From Lepidodermella squamata (lineage: Eukaryota > Animalia > Gastrotricha): 64,000 nucleotides of DNA. Under the pieces are notes generated by a model. That model saw only the letters and a list, made by a program, of their open reading frames with translations. It did not search any database and had not been told where the DNA came from. The stretch spans positions 434,001 to 498,000 of the forward strand of contig JBLDXI010000064.1 in assembly GCA_047495785.1 (NCBI GenBank), in the 5' to 3' direction. Of this stretch, positions 35,001 to 45,624 are shown in pieces (within the stretch, counting starts at the first letter, position 1; each line of letters begins with the position of its first letter). Position numbers and translations under genes: made by a program.

Positions 35001-36863
35001 GATTTGGCGGATGTAACGCCAGTTGAACCAATAGCCAAGTCACCTGGGCCCTTCGGCGATGGGTCCTTCTCTGCTGATAAACAACTTCTGATCGTCAATA
35101 ATTTGCCAATTTTCGATAAATACACAATCGCCTTCTACTACAAGGGCTCTTGTAGCGGACCATCTGGCCTGCTGTCCACGGAGCGCTTCACTGTAAAATG
35201 CGAAAACTCTCAACTTACCTTTGCGTGTTGGTACAGTGATGGGTATAACGAGTTTTCGCTTCCAGTTTCCTACGACCAGCCTCAATCTTGGCAATTCTTC
35301 GCCTACACCTTTGAAAATATAGGATTGCGAAGCTACCGAGGAACGAAAGAAGCAAAAAGAGTAGCGCTGGCTAACATAACGACTTTTCTGACCGATTTGA
35401 GGGTTGATCTTGGATATTTTAACCTGGAGTTGGGAACGTACTATTCTGGGTCGACTGTGGTACCTCTAGCCAGTGGGGATGAGCTGGCTTGTGTCAGCCT
35501 TCACTCGGCTGCCCTTTCGTTGAATGAATTAGCCGCTCTAGCTGATATTTGCCACAATGCGACATTAAGCACGTCGACTTCAACTACAACAACCACTACT
35601 ACGACATCTCTCAGACACATCCAAACTACAGTAGGAACAGCCGCGATCATGAGTTTGGAGCCTGAGCCAAGTTACCTAAAACGCAAGGATCCGAACTGGC
35701 AATCAAAAATCGGCACGACGATATCAGCCCAGAGTATGTTACCTCGTTTAGATCGCAATGGTATCTCACCGCCGGACAAGCCATTCGACACGATCGAAAA
35801 TATTCTGAAGAAATGTGACCACTTTGAAGCTGCACGATACGCCCCTCCTAAAATCAAAGGCAATGAACCTATCCACGTTAACATCACATTCTACGTACCG
35901 GGTTTGAATGAATTATCAAGTGGGGATGACACGATATCTGTTAGCGGAGTCGTCCTGTTATCTTGGTCCGTTTCAACATGCCCGAAAAATTCGACTGACC
36001 CGATCGCAGCGCGGCCTAAAGAACAAATCTACGTAGGTAACCCTAATCAGATGTGGTTTCCTCAGCTTCGGTTCATTAACAGTGCTCAGTCGAATGTTTA
36101 CATGAAGAACGTGGCTGTAGGAGACGATTTTCTGGTCACTATGGACGGAATTGGAGCTAAGGAGAGCCCGAATAAGACCTACAACTTCTACTGGACTCGG
36201 GAGGGTCTATTCAAGGCTGATTGCACGCTGGTGATGGAGGATTTCCCATTCGATAAACAAACCTGTGCCTTTGTATTCGGCCTACAGCGTTCGAATCTTC
36301 AGGTTTCTTTTGTGGACCCACCAACATTCCTCTGGGACATTGATGCCGTTGATAATTCCGGGTGGCTAGTTACTGATTTCAGGGGTTATCTATCGTGGGC
36401 TTACTTCAATGGTTACAACGTATCAATTGTTGTCTATGAAGTGAATTTCAAACGTTACCCGACATATTACATCAACAATGTGTACCTGCCCACTGCAATT
36501 TTAGGCAGTTTGGACCTTGCAGCTTTTCTGATGGCTCCAGCTATGCCAGAGCGGTCCGCCTTCACGGTGACTATCCTGCTTGCGATGGCTGTTAGCCAGA
36601 CTCAGATCATAAGCCAGGCTCCGAATACGGATAGCACCATTTTGAGCACGTACATCCAATGGATGGCTTGGTTCTCGGCCGGAGTCACAGTTTACCACAT
36701 GTTCTCCCTATGGCTAGCCTGTTCCTGTTTCGTGAAGGGTAAGTGGGAAATGAAAATGTTCTTCAACGGACGAATGAGCTTGGTTCGACTTATCGATATA
36801 CTCGCTTTTATTGCTGCTGTGGTTTTCTTCGCTTATGCCAACTACATTCTTCTTAAAAACTAG
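32076..36863 (+). CDS. Giant Cys-loop receptor subunit, copy C (~1595 aa)
   Basis: Same architecture as B; ATG at 32076 starts the signal peptide MIHLFFLCILLGNSSA; shortest stalk of the five. Confidence 0.92.
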   Translation: MIHLFFLCILLGNSSATYWPQQATNSDDVLSLLPNQGDFYFWPLSGGAARFFSKSSNGMKQATTINSAFVAQGPYAMGAVTSASPGSAILSYDLPSEIQDFTLTFFVKTDCVDKGLVTLKRLFSMYCQSSKLVAMTTWNSAGVGTTLSYTLSLATDSPWAFLGVAYDSKSKQLRWGSGAHDSSLQTVYISQVIVNSTSQSVSIGEGIKADGQALYTSSTIDQFACMTLYDRPIEFSEIMYACGLGISPSNVLPETFRLMPQIDNLAIHMPMRKVGDKVFQKYGSDDYRQATHNGTAVANDLFGPHGFGSLSIANEGDRIYKVENLRANGSITIAFYYKGPCSNTSAILALNGEGFIYCKPKSGVLFQSSTGVISSSVSHPSGDWIFYAFVFRPSLLETYYQLPAGGDVISTGPTTSKGFKTSNGGYISLEAFGWKNDPSRTSDALACVTLHSTALTIDELRMLTYTCGKRPPRSEFLPNTFDELPQLGKLVYHMPFVSKSPYSVFDKFGSTLWYGEAEKRNSSTSQSGPFQNGVLTANGLGPQVSSVESQDSFTFAFMYRGLCGSTEGIVYTQHFQITCKLHDMILKAGELFSEPMKYNVTDGWTFYAFTYSSNPSAKEYILSGYKWLISSSEPSKEFESKDIKINITANPIYDDHQIGDAVTNGATVRYPELKRISCVSYYSVALSLDDMSTFFKACGKKEGRPKNLPDFFDFLPQRRSVVFYAPFTSQTGLSLFDKFGQVINSTDPGTVKIVSRGPYGLGSIEGAKGQYGPSISIFPPASFTVSFFYKSSGTGKQGIIFPGKISITFESGSGIAIRSKASNKLWLTPKLQKFNYAINSWLFVAISYDFSKRQMQGYSMTESEATANLTFVGNNCNLEADDVLGYYNVTIGYAKMPDQVVATMDPGQELACFTYYSIALSGSDIMKLPYACGKPYTKSLFLPSQFEKMPNNQSLLVYLPLTSDSQLAAIDKFGTDLADVTPVEPIAKSPGPFGDGSFSADKQLLIVNNLPIFDKYTIAFYYKGSCSGPSGLLSTERFTVKCENSQLTFACWYSDGYNEFSLPVSYDQPQSWQFFAYTFENIGLRSYRGTKEAKRVALANITTFLTDLRVDLGYFNLELGTYYSGSTVVPLASGDELACVSLHSAALSLNELAALADICHNATLSTSTSTTTTTTTTSLRHIQTTVGTAAIMSLEPEPSYLKRKDPNWQSKIGTTISAQSMLPRLDRNGISPPDKPFDTIENILKKCDHFEAARYAPPKIKGNEPIHVNITFYVPGLNELSSGDDTISVSGVVLLSWSVSTCPKNSTDPIAARPKEQIYVGNPNQMWFPQLRFINSAQSNVYMKNVAVGDDFLVTMDGIGAKESPNKTYNFYWTREGLFKADCTLVMEDFPFDKQTCAFVFGLQRSNLQVSFVDPPTFLWDIDAVDNSGWLVTDFRGYLSWAYFNGYNVSIVVYEVNFKRYPTYYINNVYLPTAILGSLDLAAFLMAPAMPERSAFTVTILLAMAVSQTQIISQAPNTDSTILSTYIQWMAWFSAGVTVYHMFSLWLACSCFVKGKWEMKMFFNGRMSLVRLIDILAFIAAVVFFAYANYILLKN

Positions 36864-36950
36864 TTGAATCCACATCTCATATAAATTATTGTTTTAATTT
36901 TAATTTTACATTAAATTATCTTTACATTTTTTAATACGTCAGACGTCACC

Positions 36951-36988
36951 TCTGACATGTTTCGGCATTATTGGGCCATCTTCAGGAT
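36951..36988 (-). ncRNA. Penelope-type minimal hammerhead ribozyme motif (possibly degenerate)
   Basis: Minus strand reads TC-CTGAAGA-T-GGC-CCAATAAT-GCC-GAAA-CATG-TC-AGA: CUGANGA and GAAA boxes, a 3-bp stem II and palindromic ACATGT stem III. Stem I is imperfect. Confidence 0.55.
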
Positions 36989-37137
36989 CTAACAACAAAT
37001 TAGTTCTCTAAATATACTGTTTAAATGGAAGCATCAAATATTGACGTCTGGCGTATAAAAGAAGATCTAATCAAATGATTTCGCTTTACTATCAAACCGT
37101 ACGCTTTAAATTAAATCAACTATTTTATTTATGTGTA

Positions 37138-37734
37138 CCGTAATCCGGTACAACTTTGAACACTTATTCAAAGTCCGGTACAACTTTGAAATTCATTCGT
37201 TGCCAATACGAGATAAGAAGTCTCTTTTCTGATCCCTACGTTCTCTATGGAGCATAGTGGAGGTCAGTAAACGCGAGCGAAGTCTATAAAAAACTTGAAA
37301 TATTCTCCTCAAAGTCAAAATAATGAATTTCTATCGTGTTCAAAGTTGTACTGGTGTTCAAAGTTGTACTTTCGAGTGTTCAAAGTTGTACCGGCTACCC
37401 TTGCAACTTTGAGCACATGCCATTCGAAAACCACTCTATAGAAGAGCGTGCCTTTTTGGCTACGTCTTGAGAAAAGTATATGCTTGAATTCGCTAAGTTG
37501 GAGTACGCGGATATCTGCTACGGTTATCGCAGGGCAACACTTCAAAGTAGACCAAAAACGTTGTTTTTTCGGGAATTTTTAGGGAAGAGACTGTGGGGGC
37601 TGCGTTGATGAAACTTGGCAAAATGTTAGATCCCAACGAGACCTATATTCAGTAAAATTCCCAAGCGGTAGATCCCCATGGTTTCAGAGAAAAGCTGATT
37701 TGCGTGAAATGTTCAAAGTTGTACCGGATTACGG
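37138..37734. mobile_element. Tc1/mariner-pogo-type MITE (597 bp)
   Basis: Perfect TIR CCGTAATCCGGTACAACTTTGAACA; TA on both flanks; internal copies of the TIR core at ~37175 and 37337-37392. Confidence 0.88.
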
Positions 37735-38038
37735 TACATTTGAATTTAATTAAATTGTAAACTTAATTAAATTTAATTCGTGGGGCACCAACTCATCCGC
37801 ATTCTGCATTCAACGTATCAAAAATTAAATACATATTTTCTTATAACTCATTCTAAACTTACCAAAGAAAAATGTTATATTTCGAATTTGAATTCGAAGT
37901 CGTCCGAGAATTAAACAAATTATAAAGAAATAATGATTAAATTGTTAAATGTTGCGATTATTGCAACTTATTTGCGCCAATTCAGCGAGGCCGGACGAGT
38001 TGTAACTAAAACTTAAAATCATTTCAATATTTCTTATA

Positions 38039-38626
38039 CGGTGAGTCCAAAAAACTTGAAAGAAAGAATTGAAAAAATTAATGTTTAAAAAAACAACGAC
38101 TCCGCTTTTTGATATCGCCAATAATATCGTTTCCCTTGTTCCACCGCCGCAATCTTAACAAATACAAATGTATTGATTTTGATGTTGGAAAATTGCTGAA
38201 TAAACTTAAGAAAGCCAATTTGCCTGCTCGAGCAAGTTCGGAAATTTCCGAAACGCTCCACCCTGGAATCAAGTGAAATGTTCGGATTACCATCGCATTT
38301 CTCGCGCTGTTTTCAGTTGATTTTGATTCTGAAAATCGTCGGTTTCGGTGGGGAACATGTGCCTATGATCAGATTGATCATAATTATTGACCATAACTTT
38401 GGAAAAACCTCTATTCGTTGCAAAATTGCATTCAAGTAATAATGCAATGAGCTGTTTTTTTATTCTATTTTTCATTTCTTTCTTTCAATTCACCGTCATT
38501 TTGCGAGTTATGTCTAAATCCTTTTAACCACAAAAACTCGGCGAATCATTTTCAAACACGGGAAAATTCGTCAAAATGAGGGAATGGCATCAATTTATAA
38601 TGTTGCAAAGTTTTTTGGACACACTG
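38039..38626. mobile_element. Tc1-like internally deleted DNA transposon
   Basis: TIRs CGGTGAGTCCAAAAAACTT / CAGTGTGTCCAAAAAACTT flanked by TA; the internal minus-strand ORF remnant (GWSVSEISELAR) may be a transposase HTH. Confidence 0.75.
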
Positions 38627-39273
38627 TAGTTCGGGTGAGTTGGTGCTGGAAGAATTGCTGCGGTCAAATTGACATGAATTGTGTACTTAATTCAATAACT
38701 TTTTCATAATTTCTATAAAAAACGTACTCTCTAGTATGTATTCTCTGATAACTTCTCAGTAACGCGATTTCAGGATAAACCTTAGTAAATGTTGTTAATG
38801 TTGAACATATTGATAAAGGCGCGGCCGTAAGTCAGACCGTTCCCTGTTCAGATTAGTCAGCTAAAATAAAATCTCAATAAAATTAGGGTATAATTTCTAG
38901 TAAAATACTCTGCTACTGCAACCGATCGGAACGAGAACCGCTGTGGTCATTCAGCCCCAGCAAAATGCTTCACCATGCTGTAATGATAGTACGACGCGGT
39001 AACTCTCAGCGAAATCAACATATGTTTGTCACTTGATTGATCCCATGATCGACATTACAAACATGATCATAAAAAAGCATAGCAATAATGTACACTACGT
39101 TTCACGGCCTGAAGTTTTGATACTGGTTTACTGGACTTGAGAATTACACTAAAGCTGGGGAAATATCACATAACTTTCGAGAAAGCGATCTCAAAAATCG
39201 AATGTCGAATGAAGGGGCGAAATGTTGCAATCGTTTCTACCCATGCATACTTGTTAGAAAATTGTTCTCTGAT

Positions 39274-39381
39274 CAGTGATCCGGGAGATGAGGTGTTTTC
39301 TAGCCCTCAGTTGAAGAAACCAACTGTGGATATTTCAGCCCTCATCTGGTTGGAATCCCGGTGCTGGGGTGTCCACCCCTG
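39274..39381. mobile_element. Degenerate hAT-type MITE
   Basis: CAG...CTG ends; flanks TCTCTGAT / TCTGTGAT (1 mismatch). Confidence 0.45.
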
Positions 39382-39726
39382 TCTGTGATCGCATTGAACA
39401 ACGTTTGCTCATGACGTAGTTGAACACCATATCTTATTCATCAAGTGCGAAACAAGTTGTGCACCGATCAGCGGGCAAAAAGCGGACTGTGTTATGTGTG
39501 TTGTTTGTTTCATTTCGAAAAATTGAACAGCTTCTCGCCCGTCGTAATTGCGAATTTTGTCCATTCCAGCGGGTTTATGTACACAAATTCAGCAATAATC
39601 CTTGTTTTTCACCGATCTTGCATCCTGTTTTCAACGCATCGCCAGTTTTAATTGAAATTTCGTGCTTATATTCGACATATTTCCACATTTTTGTCCAATA
39701 CAGCTGGACTCACAATTTCTTTCGCT

Positions 39727-42700
39727 ATGCGAACTCTCCTTTTGTTTTTACTTTTCGCTCAAAGTTGCGTAGCTCAAAGCTCGCCAATTCAAGCCACGTC
39801 TTGGGACGACGCTCTAAGCCTGCTGCCAGTTCATTCAGATTTCTACTTCTGGCGTCTAGCAAGTGGCGATAAGAGGTACTACTCGTCAGCGAGCAACTCG
39901 ATGAAAGAAGCAACTACCAGCAACTCTGCTACTATGGCTGACGGGCCTTACGGCTTAGGAGCTGTAACCGTGGAGAACACAGCGACTGGACTCGCTTTGC
40001 TCTCCTACGACGGTCTGGAAGTGCCAGTAACCGATTTCACACTCACCTTCTTCGTGAAAACAGACTGTTTAGATAAGGGCATTGTCAGCTTGAGGCCGTT
40101 CCTTTCAATGTACTGCCAAGACTCAAGTCTGGTGGCGGCTACGTGGAACTCGAATGGAGAAGGAACCACCCTCAGCGAGACGTTGCCCCTCACTACAGAG
40201 TCGCCATGGGCTTTCGTAGCCGTGACATACGATTCGACGCTACAGCAGCTGCAATGGGCGAATGTCGCTCACTATTCATCGGCCATTGAGCTAACTACGG
40301 TCACGTCGGTGCTCATGGGCCCTTCTTCGCAGACTTTTGTGATCGGCGAGGGTTTGAAAACGGACGCGGGGCAGGATTTACATACTGCGAACACGATCGA
40401 TCAATTCGCGTGCATGACTCTATACAACAAACCGTTGGAGACCGTCGAAATCTATAAAATCATGTTCGCGTGTGGTCGAGTAATTTCTCCGGCCAACGAG
40501 TTGCCTGAGGCATTCCGATTGATGCCTCAGATCGACAGTTTGGCTATCCATATGCCAATGAGAAAGGCTGAAGATAAGGTTTTCCAGAAATACGGATCGG
40601 ACTACTTTCGCCAGGCTTCGAATAGTGGGACGGCGGTTGCCAAAGATTTATTTGGACCAAACGGATTCGGATCGATTTCTGTGAAGAAAGAGGGAGATCG
40701 AATTTTCAAGGTCGAAAATCTGAGAACTAGCTGGCCTATGACCGTTTCCTTCTACTACAAAGGGCCTTGCGAACAAAGCAGCGCGATTCTGTCCTTGAAT
40801 GGCAAAGGATTCATATTTTGCAAGCCCAATTCTGGCCTGGTCTACCTAGGGCCAACTGCTACCAGTAGTGAATCGACGGATGCTGTTCCGTATTTACGCC
40901 CGAATGACTGGATCTTTGTTGCCTTTGTCTTTCGAGACGGAAGTGTTGAAACCTACTACCAACTGCCAGAGAACGATTTCATGAGTGTTGGACCGACGAC
41001 CAGCAAGGCCTTCACAGCGTTCAGTGGAAGCTATTTCTCGATCGAAGCATTCAGTGCGATGCAGGACCTGAGCCGTACAACAGATAGCCTGGCCTGTGTG
41101 ACTTTTCACAACACAGCTTTGTCGCAGGTGGACCTTCGAATGTTGACTTACACGTGCGGGAAACGACCGGCAAGGTCGGAATTCCTTCCGGATTCTTTCG
41201 ACGAGTTGCCTCAGCTTGGAAAACTCGTCTACCATATGCCATTCGTTCAGAAGTCGCCGTATTCCGTTTTCGACAAATTTGGCTCAACTGTGTGGTACGG
41301 CGATGCTGAGAAGCGATCTTCGACCACATCCCTTGGGGGACCTTTTCAAAGCGGTTATCTCATGGCTAACGGCCTTGGCCCGAAGGTATCCGGGGTCAAA
41401 CATCAGGATTCTTTCACCTTTGCTTTCTTTTACTTCGGACCGTGCGCTGAAGCTGTCGGGATTGTCTCCACCCTTCGCTATCAAATCATCTGTGAAAATG
41501 GTAAAATTATTCTTAAAGCTGGGGAGAAATCTACGGATCCGATAGCATACGACAGCTCTACATGGAACCTATTCGTTTTCACCTACTCGTCAGGAATTGT
41601 GAGAGGTTTTCGATATGCGTTTTCTCCCTCACCGCCGGTTCAGGCTTTTGAAACTAAAGGCATGAAGATAGACTCGCCAATGTTCCCAGTATACGGCAGT
41701 CATATAATCGGTGATTCTGTAACAAATGCCGCGACTATTGCTAACCCTGAGACGAGGCGAATCTCCTGCGTTAGCTATTATTCCGAAGCACTGAGTCTGA
41801 GTGATATATCGAAAATCGTCAAGGCCTGCGGGAAGAAGGAAGGAAGAGCAAAAAATCTACCGGATTTCTTCGATTATCTGCCCAAGAGACGTAGCCTGGT
41901 TTTTTATGCGCCATTCACCACGCAGTCTGGACTCTCGCTTTTCGATAAATGGGGCCAGGAAATCACCACTGCAGATCCTGGAACAGTGAAAATCGTCGCG
42001 AAAGGTCCGTATGGCCTCGGATCCCTCGGAGGTGCCAAAGATCAAGCCGGCCCTTCCCTTTCGATTATTCTACCTGCCTCGTTCACAGTTTCCTTCTACT
42101 ACAAATCGAGCGGTACGGGAAAGCAGGGAATCATTTTGCCTGGGAAATTGTCGATCTACTACGAATCAGGTCAAGGCATTGTTGTTAAATCGAGAGGTGA
42201 TAACAAATCGTTTTCCGTTGAAAGAGCTAAGCTATCGTATGAGCCCAATTCGTGGCAATTCCACGCCTATACCTACGATTGGCCAACCCGGACCCTGCGA
42301 GGTTTCTATATGAAGGAAAGTGACGATAAAGTCATCGATCACTTCACAACCGTGAATTTGACCCTTGAAGCCTCGGATATATTCGCATATTTCGATGTCA
42401 GAATTGGCATGGCTAGAACCCAAAACCAAGACACCAGCTACATGGATCCGGGCCAGGAATTATCGTGTATTGCTTACTATTCCACAGCTTTGACTGATAT
42501 CGAAGTTGGCAAACTCCCTTACGCTTGTGGCAAGCCGGAGCCGAAACCAGCGTTTCTACCGTCGAAATTCGGATCGATGCCGAAAAATCAATCTTTGGTC
42601 ACGTATTTACCTTTGACCTCGAGTTCGAAACTCAGTGCTATCGACAAGTTTGGCACTGATCTGTGGGATGTTACGCCGGGTAAACCGATAGCTACGTCAG

Positions 42701-44568
42701 CTGGTCCCTTCGGCATTGGATCTTATTCTGCCGATAAACAACTTCTGGTAGTCAATAATTTGCCAATTTTTGAAAAATACACAATCGCCTTCTACTATAA
42801 GGGATCCTGCGCCGGGCCATCTGGATTACTGTCCACGGACCGCTTTACAGTGAAATGCGATAACTCCGCCCTTACCTATGCTGGTTGGTCAATGGATGGG
42901 TATAAGAAGTTCTCGTCGCCAGTTGTCTATGACCAGCCTCAATCTTGGCGATTCTTCGCCTACACTTTCGATAACGGAACTTTGCTCGGCTACCGAGGAA
43001 CTACTGAATCTAATAGCGTGACACTGGCCAACACAACTAAAAATTTTCCGACGGAGGCGAGGTTTCATTTGGGATATTTCAAACTAGAACTGGGAACTTT
43101 CTATTATGGGGCGACTACCCCTCTAGCCAGTGGGGATGAGCTGGCTTGTGTCAGCCTTCATTCAGCTGTTCTTTCGATGGATGAATTGGCTGTTCTGGCT
43201 GATATTTGCAACGACATGCCACCAAGTTCTTCGACTTCGACTACTTCAAGTACAACCACAACATCACTTCCTGCTACAACTACTACTGTAACTAATGCAA
43301 GAATGATGTATTCGACTACGTATTTCCGGCCCATCTCTCCAGCTCCGGCTTCAATCGTGGAGCTAGAGCCAAGCCATCGAAAAACAAAAGATTCAGATGA
43401 CGTGTCGAAGATTGGAACGACTGTGTCTGCTCAGAGCTTGCTTCCCCGGATGGATGGCGATAACGTCAAACCACCTTACACGCCTTTCGAAACAATCGAA
43501 AATGTCTTGAAAAACTGCGACCATTTCGAAGCGTCGCGATACGCCCCTCCGAATATCGACGAATCCCAACCGCTTCGGGTCAACATAACCTTCTATGTGC
43601 CAGGTTTGAATGAGCTATCGAGTGCGGATGACACAATTTCAGTTAGCGGAGTCGTTCTCTTATCTTGGTCAGTTTTGACTTGCCCAAAGAACTCTTCTGA
43701 CCCGGTCGCAACTCGGCCTAAAGAGCAGATCTACGTGGCTAGCCCTAACCAAATCTGGCTTCCCCAGCTCCGTTTTATCAACAGCGCCGAATCGAATGTC
43801 TACATGAAGGACGTTGCAGTAGGCGATGATTTCCTAGTCACAACGGATGGGGATGGGGCTATGGAGAGCCCGAATAAGACTTACAACTTCTACTGGACTC
43901 GTGAGGGCCTATTCAAAGCAGACTGCGCCTTAATGATGGAAAATTTCCCGTTCGACCAACAGACATGCACCTTCATTTTCGGCCTTCAACGATCGAACAA
44001 GCTAGTTTCGTTCCAAGACCCGCCAACGTTCTTGTGGGACATAGACGCCGTTGATAACTCTGAGTGGTTGGTAAAAGATTTTCACAGTTATCTATCTTGG
44101 GCTTACTTCAACGGGTACAACGTATCGACTGTTGTCTATGAAGTGACGTTAAAGCGATACCCAACTTACTACCTGACCAATTTGTACCTGCCAACAGCGA
44201 TTTTGGGCAGTCTAGACGTGGCAGCTTTTCTGATGGCTCCATCGATGCCCGAGCGGTCGGCGTTCACGGTGACTATCCTGCTGGCGATGGCTGTTACACA
44301 AACCGAGATCATCAGCGAGGCTCCGAATACGGATAGAACTGTTTTAAGTTCGTACATCCAATTGATGGCTTGGTTCTCGGCCGGAGTCACCATTTACAAC
44401 CTACTGACGCTTTGGCTGGCCTGTTCCTATTTCGTCGAGGGCAAGCGCGATATGAGAATGAGATGCAAAGGTCGCATCAGCCTGGTTCGACTTTTAGATT
44501 TACCAGCTTTCATCGTAGCAGTTGTTTGTTTTGCGCTTGCTAACTACTACATCCTCAAAAAATTGTAA
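39727..44568 (+). CDS. Giant Cys-loop receptor subunit, copy D (~1613 aa)
   Basis: Same architecture; ATG at 39727 starts the signal peptide MRTLLLFLLFAQSCVA; Cys-loop CALMMENFPFDQQTC. Confidence 0.92.
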   Translation: MRTLLLFLLFAQSCVAQSSPIQATSWDDALSLLPVHSDFYFWRLASGDKRYYSSASNSMKEATTSNSATMADGPYGLGAVTVENTATGLALLSYDGLEVPVTDFTLTFFVKTDCLDKGIVSLRPFLSMYCQDSSLVAATWNSNGEGTTLSETLPLTTESPWAFVAVTYDSTLQQLQWANVAHYSSAIELTTVTSVLMGPSSQTFVIGEGLKTDAGQDLHTANTIDQFACMTLYNKPLETVEIYKIMFACGRVISPANELPEAFRLMPQIDSLAIHMPMRKAEDKVFQKYGSDYFRQASNSGTAVAKDLFGPNGFGSISVKKEGDRIFKVENLRTSWPMTVSFYYKGPCEQSSAILSLNGKGFIFCKPNSGLVYLGPTATSSESTDAVPYLRPNDWIFVAFVFRDGSVETYYQLPENDFMSVGPTTSKAFTAFSGSYFSIEAFSAMQDLSRTTDSLACVTFHNTALSQVDLRMLTYTCGKRPARSEFLPDSFDELPQLGKLVYHMPFVQKSPYSVFDKFGSTVWYGDAEKRSSTTSLGGPFQSGYLMANGLGPKVSGVKHQDSFTFAFFYFGPCAEAVGIVSTLRYQIICENGKIILKAGEKSTDPIAYDSSTWNLFVFTYSSGIVRGFRYAFSPSPPVQAFETKGMKIDSPMFPVYGSHIIGDSVTNAATIANPETRRISCVSYYSEALSLSDISKIVKACGKKEGRAKNLPDFFDYLPKRRSLVFYAPFTTQSGLSLFDKWGQEITTADPGTVKIVAKGPYGLGSLGGAKDQAGPSLSIILPASFTVSFYYKSSGTGKQGIILPGKLSIYYESGQGIVVKSRGDNKSFSVERAKLSYEPNSWQFHAYTYDWPTRTLRGFYMKESDDKVIDHFTTVNLTLEASDIFAYFDVRIGMARTQNQDTSYMDPGQELSCIAYYSTALTDIEVGKLPYACGKPEPKPAFLPSKFGSMPKNQSLVTYLPLTSSSKLSAIDKFGTDLWDVTPGKPIATSAGPFGIGSYSADKQLLVVNNLPIFEKYTIAFYYKGSCAGPSGLLSTDRFTVKCDNSALTYAGWSMDGYKKFSSPVVYDQPQSWRFFAYTFDNGTLLGYRGTTESNSVTLANTTKNFPTEARFHLGYFKLELGTFYYGATTPLASGDELACVSLHSAVLSMDELAVLADICNDMPPSSSTSTTSSTTTTSLPATTTTVTNARMMYSTTYFRPISPAPASIVELEPSHRKTKDSDDVSKIGTTVSAQSLLPRMDGDNVKPPYTPFETIENVLKNCDHFEASRYAPPNIDESQPLRVNITFYVPGLNELSSADDTISVSGVVLLSWSVLTCPKNSSDPVATRPKEQIYVASPNQIWLPQLRFINSAESNVYMKDVAVGDDFLVTTDGDGAMESPNKTYNFYWTREGLFKADCALMMENFPFDQQTCTFIFGLQRSNKLVSFQDPPTFLWDIDAVDNSEWLVKDFHSYLSWAYFNGYNVSTVVYEVTLKRYPTYYLTNLYLPTAILGSLDVAAFLMAPSMPERSAFTVTILLAMAVTQTEIISEAPNTDRTVLSSYIQLMAWFSAGVTIYNLLTLWLACSYFVEGKRDMRMRCKGRISLVRLLDLPAFIVAVVCFALANYYILKKL

Positions 44569-44840
44569 ATTTACAACACACCGCGTTGGGATCGACGCGC
44601 ATTTTAGTCTGACAGTCTATGTTCTCGTGTCTTTTTCGGTTCTGGAACTGCTGAATATCCTCGAACAACTTGAACTCATGAATCTCTTCGCGGAATAATG
44701 TATAATAAAACAACAACTGGTCTTGAAGTTCCTCTGTGTTCCGAAATTATAATTTATAACAGATCCCTTCAAAGAGTCTTTGATTCCGATAAAAGCATTC
44801 TTTCTTCGAAAATTGTCGAACAAATTACAAAATCCTCCCA

Positions 44841-45624
44841 TCAAAATGGCTCGAGATATCCTCGAGATATTCTTACTTCTCGGCGCTTTAACAGTCCAAG
44901 GTAGCTTTGAAGTCGATATGTTATTGGCAGTGGAAGACCTCGCCTATTTGGAGCTTCACAAGGCGGACTTTGAGCAGCTGGCAGCCTGCAACATCTCATC
45001 TTCACGTAGTTGAGCCCGGTATCATCACCTAGAAAATATTCAATGCCCAATAATCGAATTCGAAGTTCACTTACTCAACCCCTGGAATTCCTCGACGCGA
45101 GTCTGAAGGCCGCACAGAGCGTGGCGAGGGGAGCATCTGAGCATTTTCGACCACTGGCCAAACGGCCCAGTTCCAGGCGCTTCGATCTGCTTGCCATCAT
45201 CACACAACAGCCGCACGCCATTCGCAGCCGTGTCATCGCCCGCCCACTGGCGAGGTTCGGTTTTCAGCGCGAAGCCCACTGCCCAGCCGTCGCAGAGTAC
45301 GTCGCCATGCCACACGCCGAACTGGCCAACACTGGACATGATTTCGTGCCAGTTTGAAGAACACTCCCAGCCGCGTCTCCGGCTGCTGCAGTGCAGCATC
45401 ACGCCATTCATCGCTGTGTCGTCGCTTTGAAAGTCGTAAGGTTCCACCTTTTGGCTGTAGCCGACGACGTAAGTGCCTGGGCGGCAGAACTCCCATTCGC
45501 CAGTGCTGCCCCACGGCGTAACCGAAGGAGGCCTCAGCTCAAATGGACTAATATCAGTACGACAGTTGGCAACATCAGATCCTATTAGTATGAGAACTGA
45601 GGTAATCAAATTCGGCTTCATCAT
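44841..45624 (-). CDS. VMO1: Vitelline membrane outer layer protein 1-like (beta-prism I), 2 exons
   Basis: Three repeats ending DDTAMNGV, DDTAANGV and DDTGLNYV, with WG-x-x-G-x-W, GF-x-LK-x-E and CGLQTRVE motifs; GT-AG intron at ~45030-45074. Confidence 0.88.

Noticed and set aside
37337-37392. Three TGTTCAAAGTTGTAC direct repeats as a CRISPR-like array
   Set aside because: Spacers are only 3-6 nt, the repeats are copies of the enclosing MITE TIR, and the context is eukaryotic.
44617-45013. Short ORFs between receptor D and VMO1
   Set aside because: No recognisable motifs; they overlap the convergent 3' ends of the two genes.
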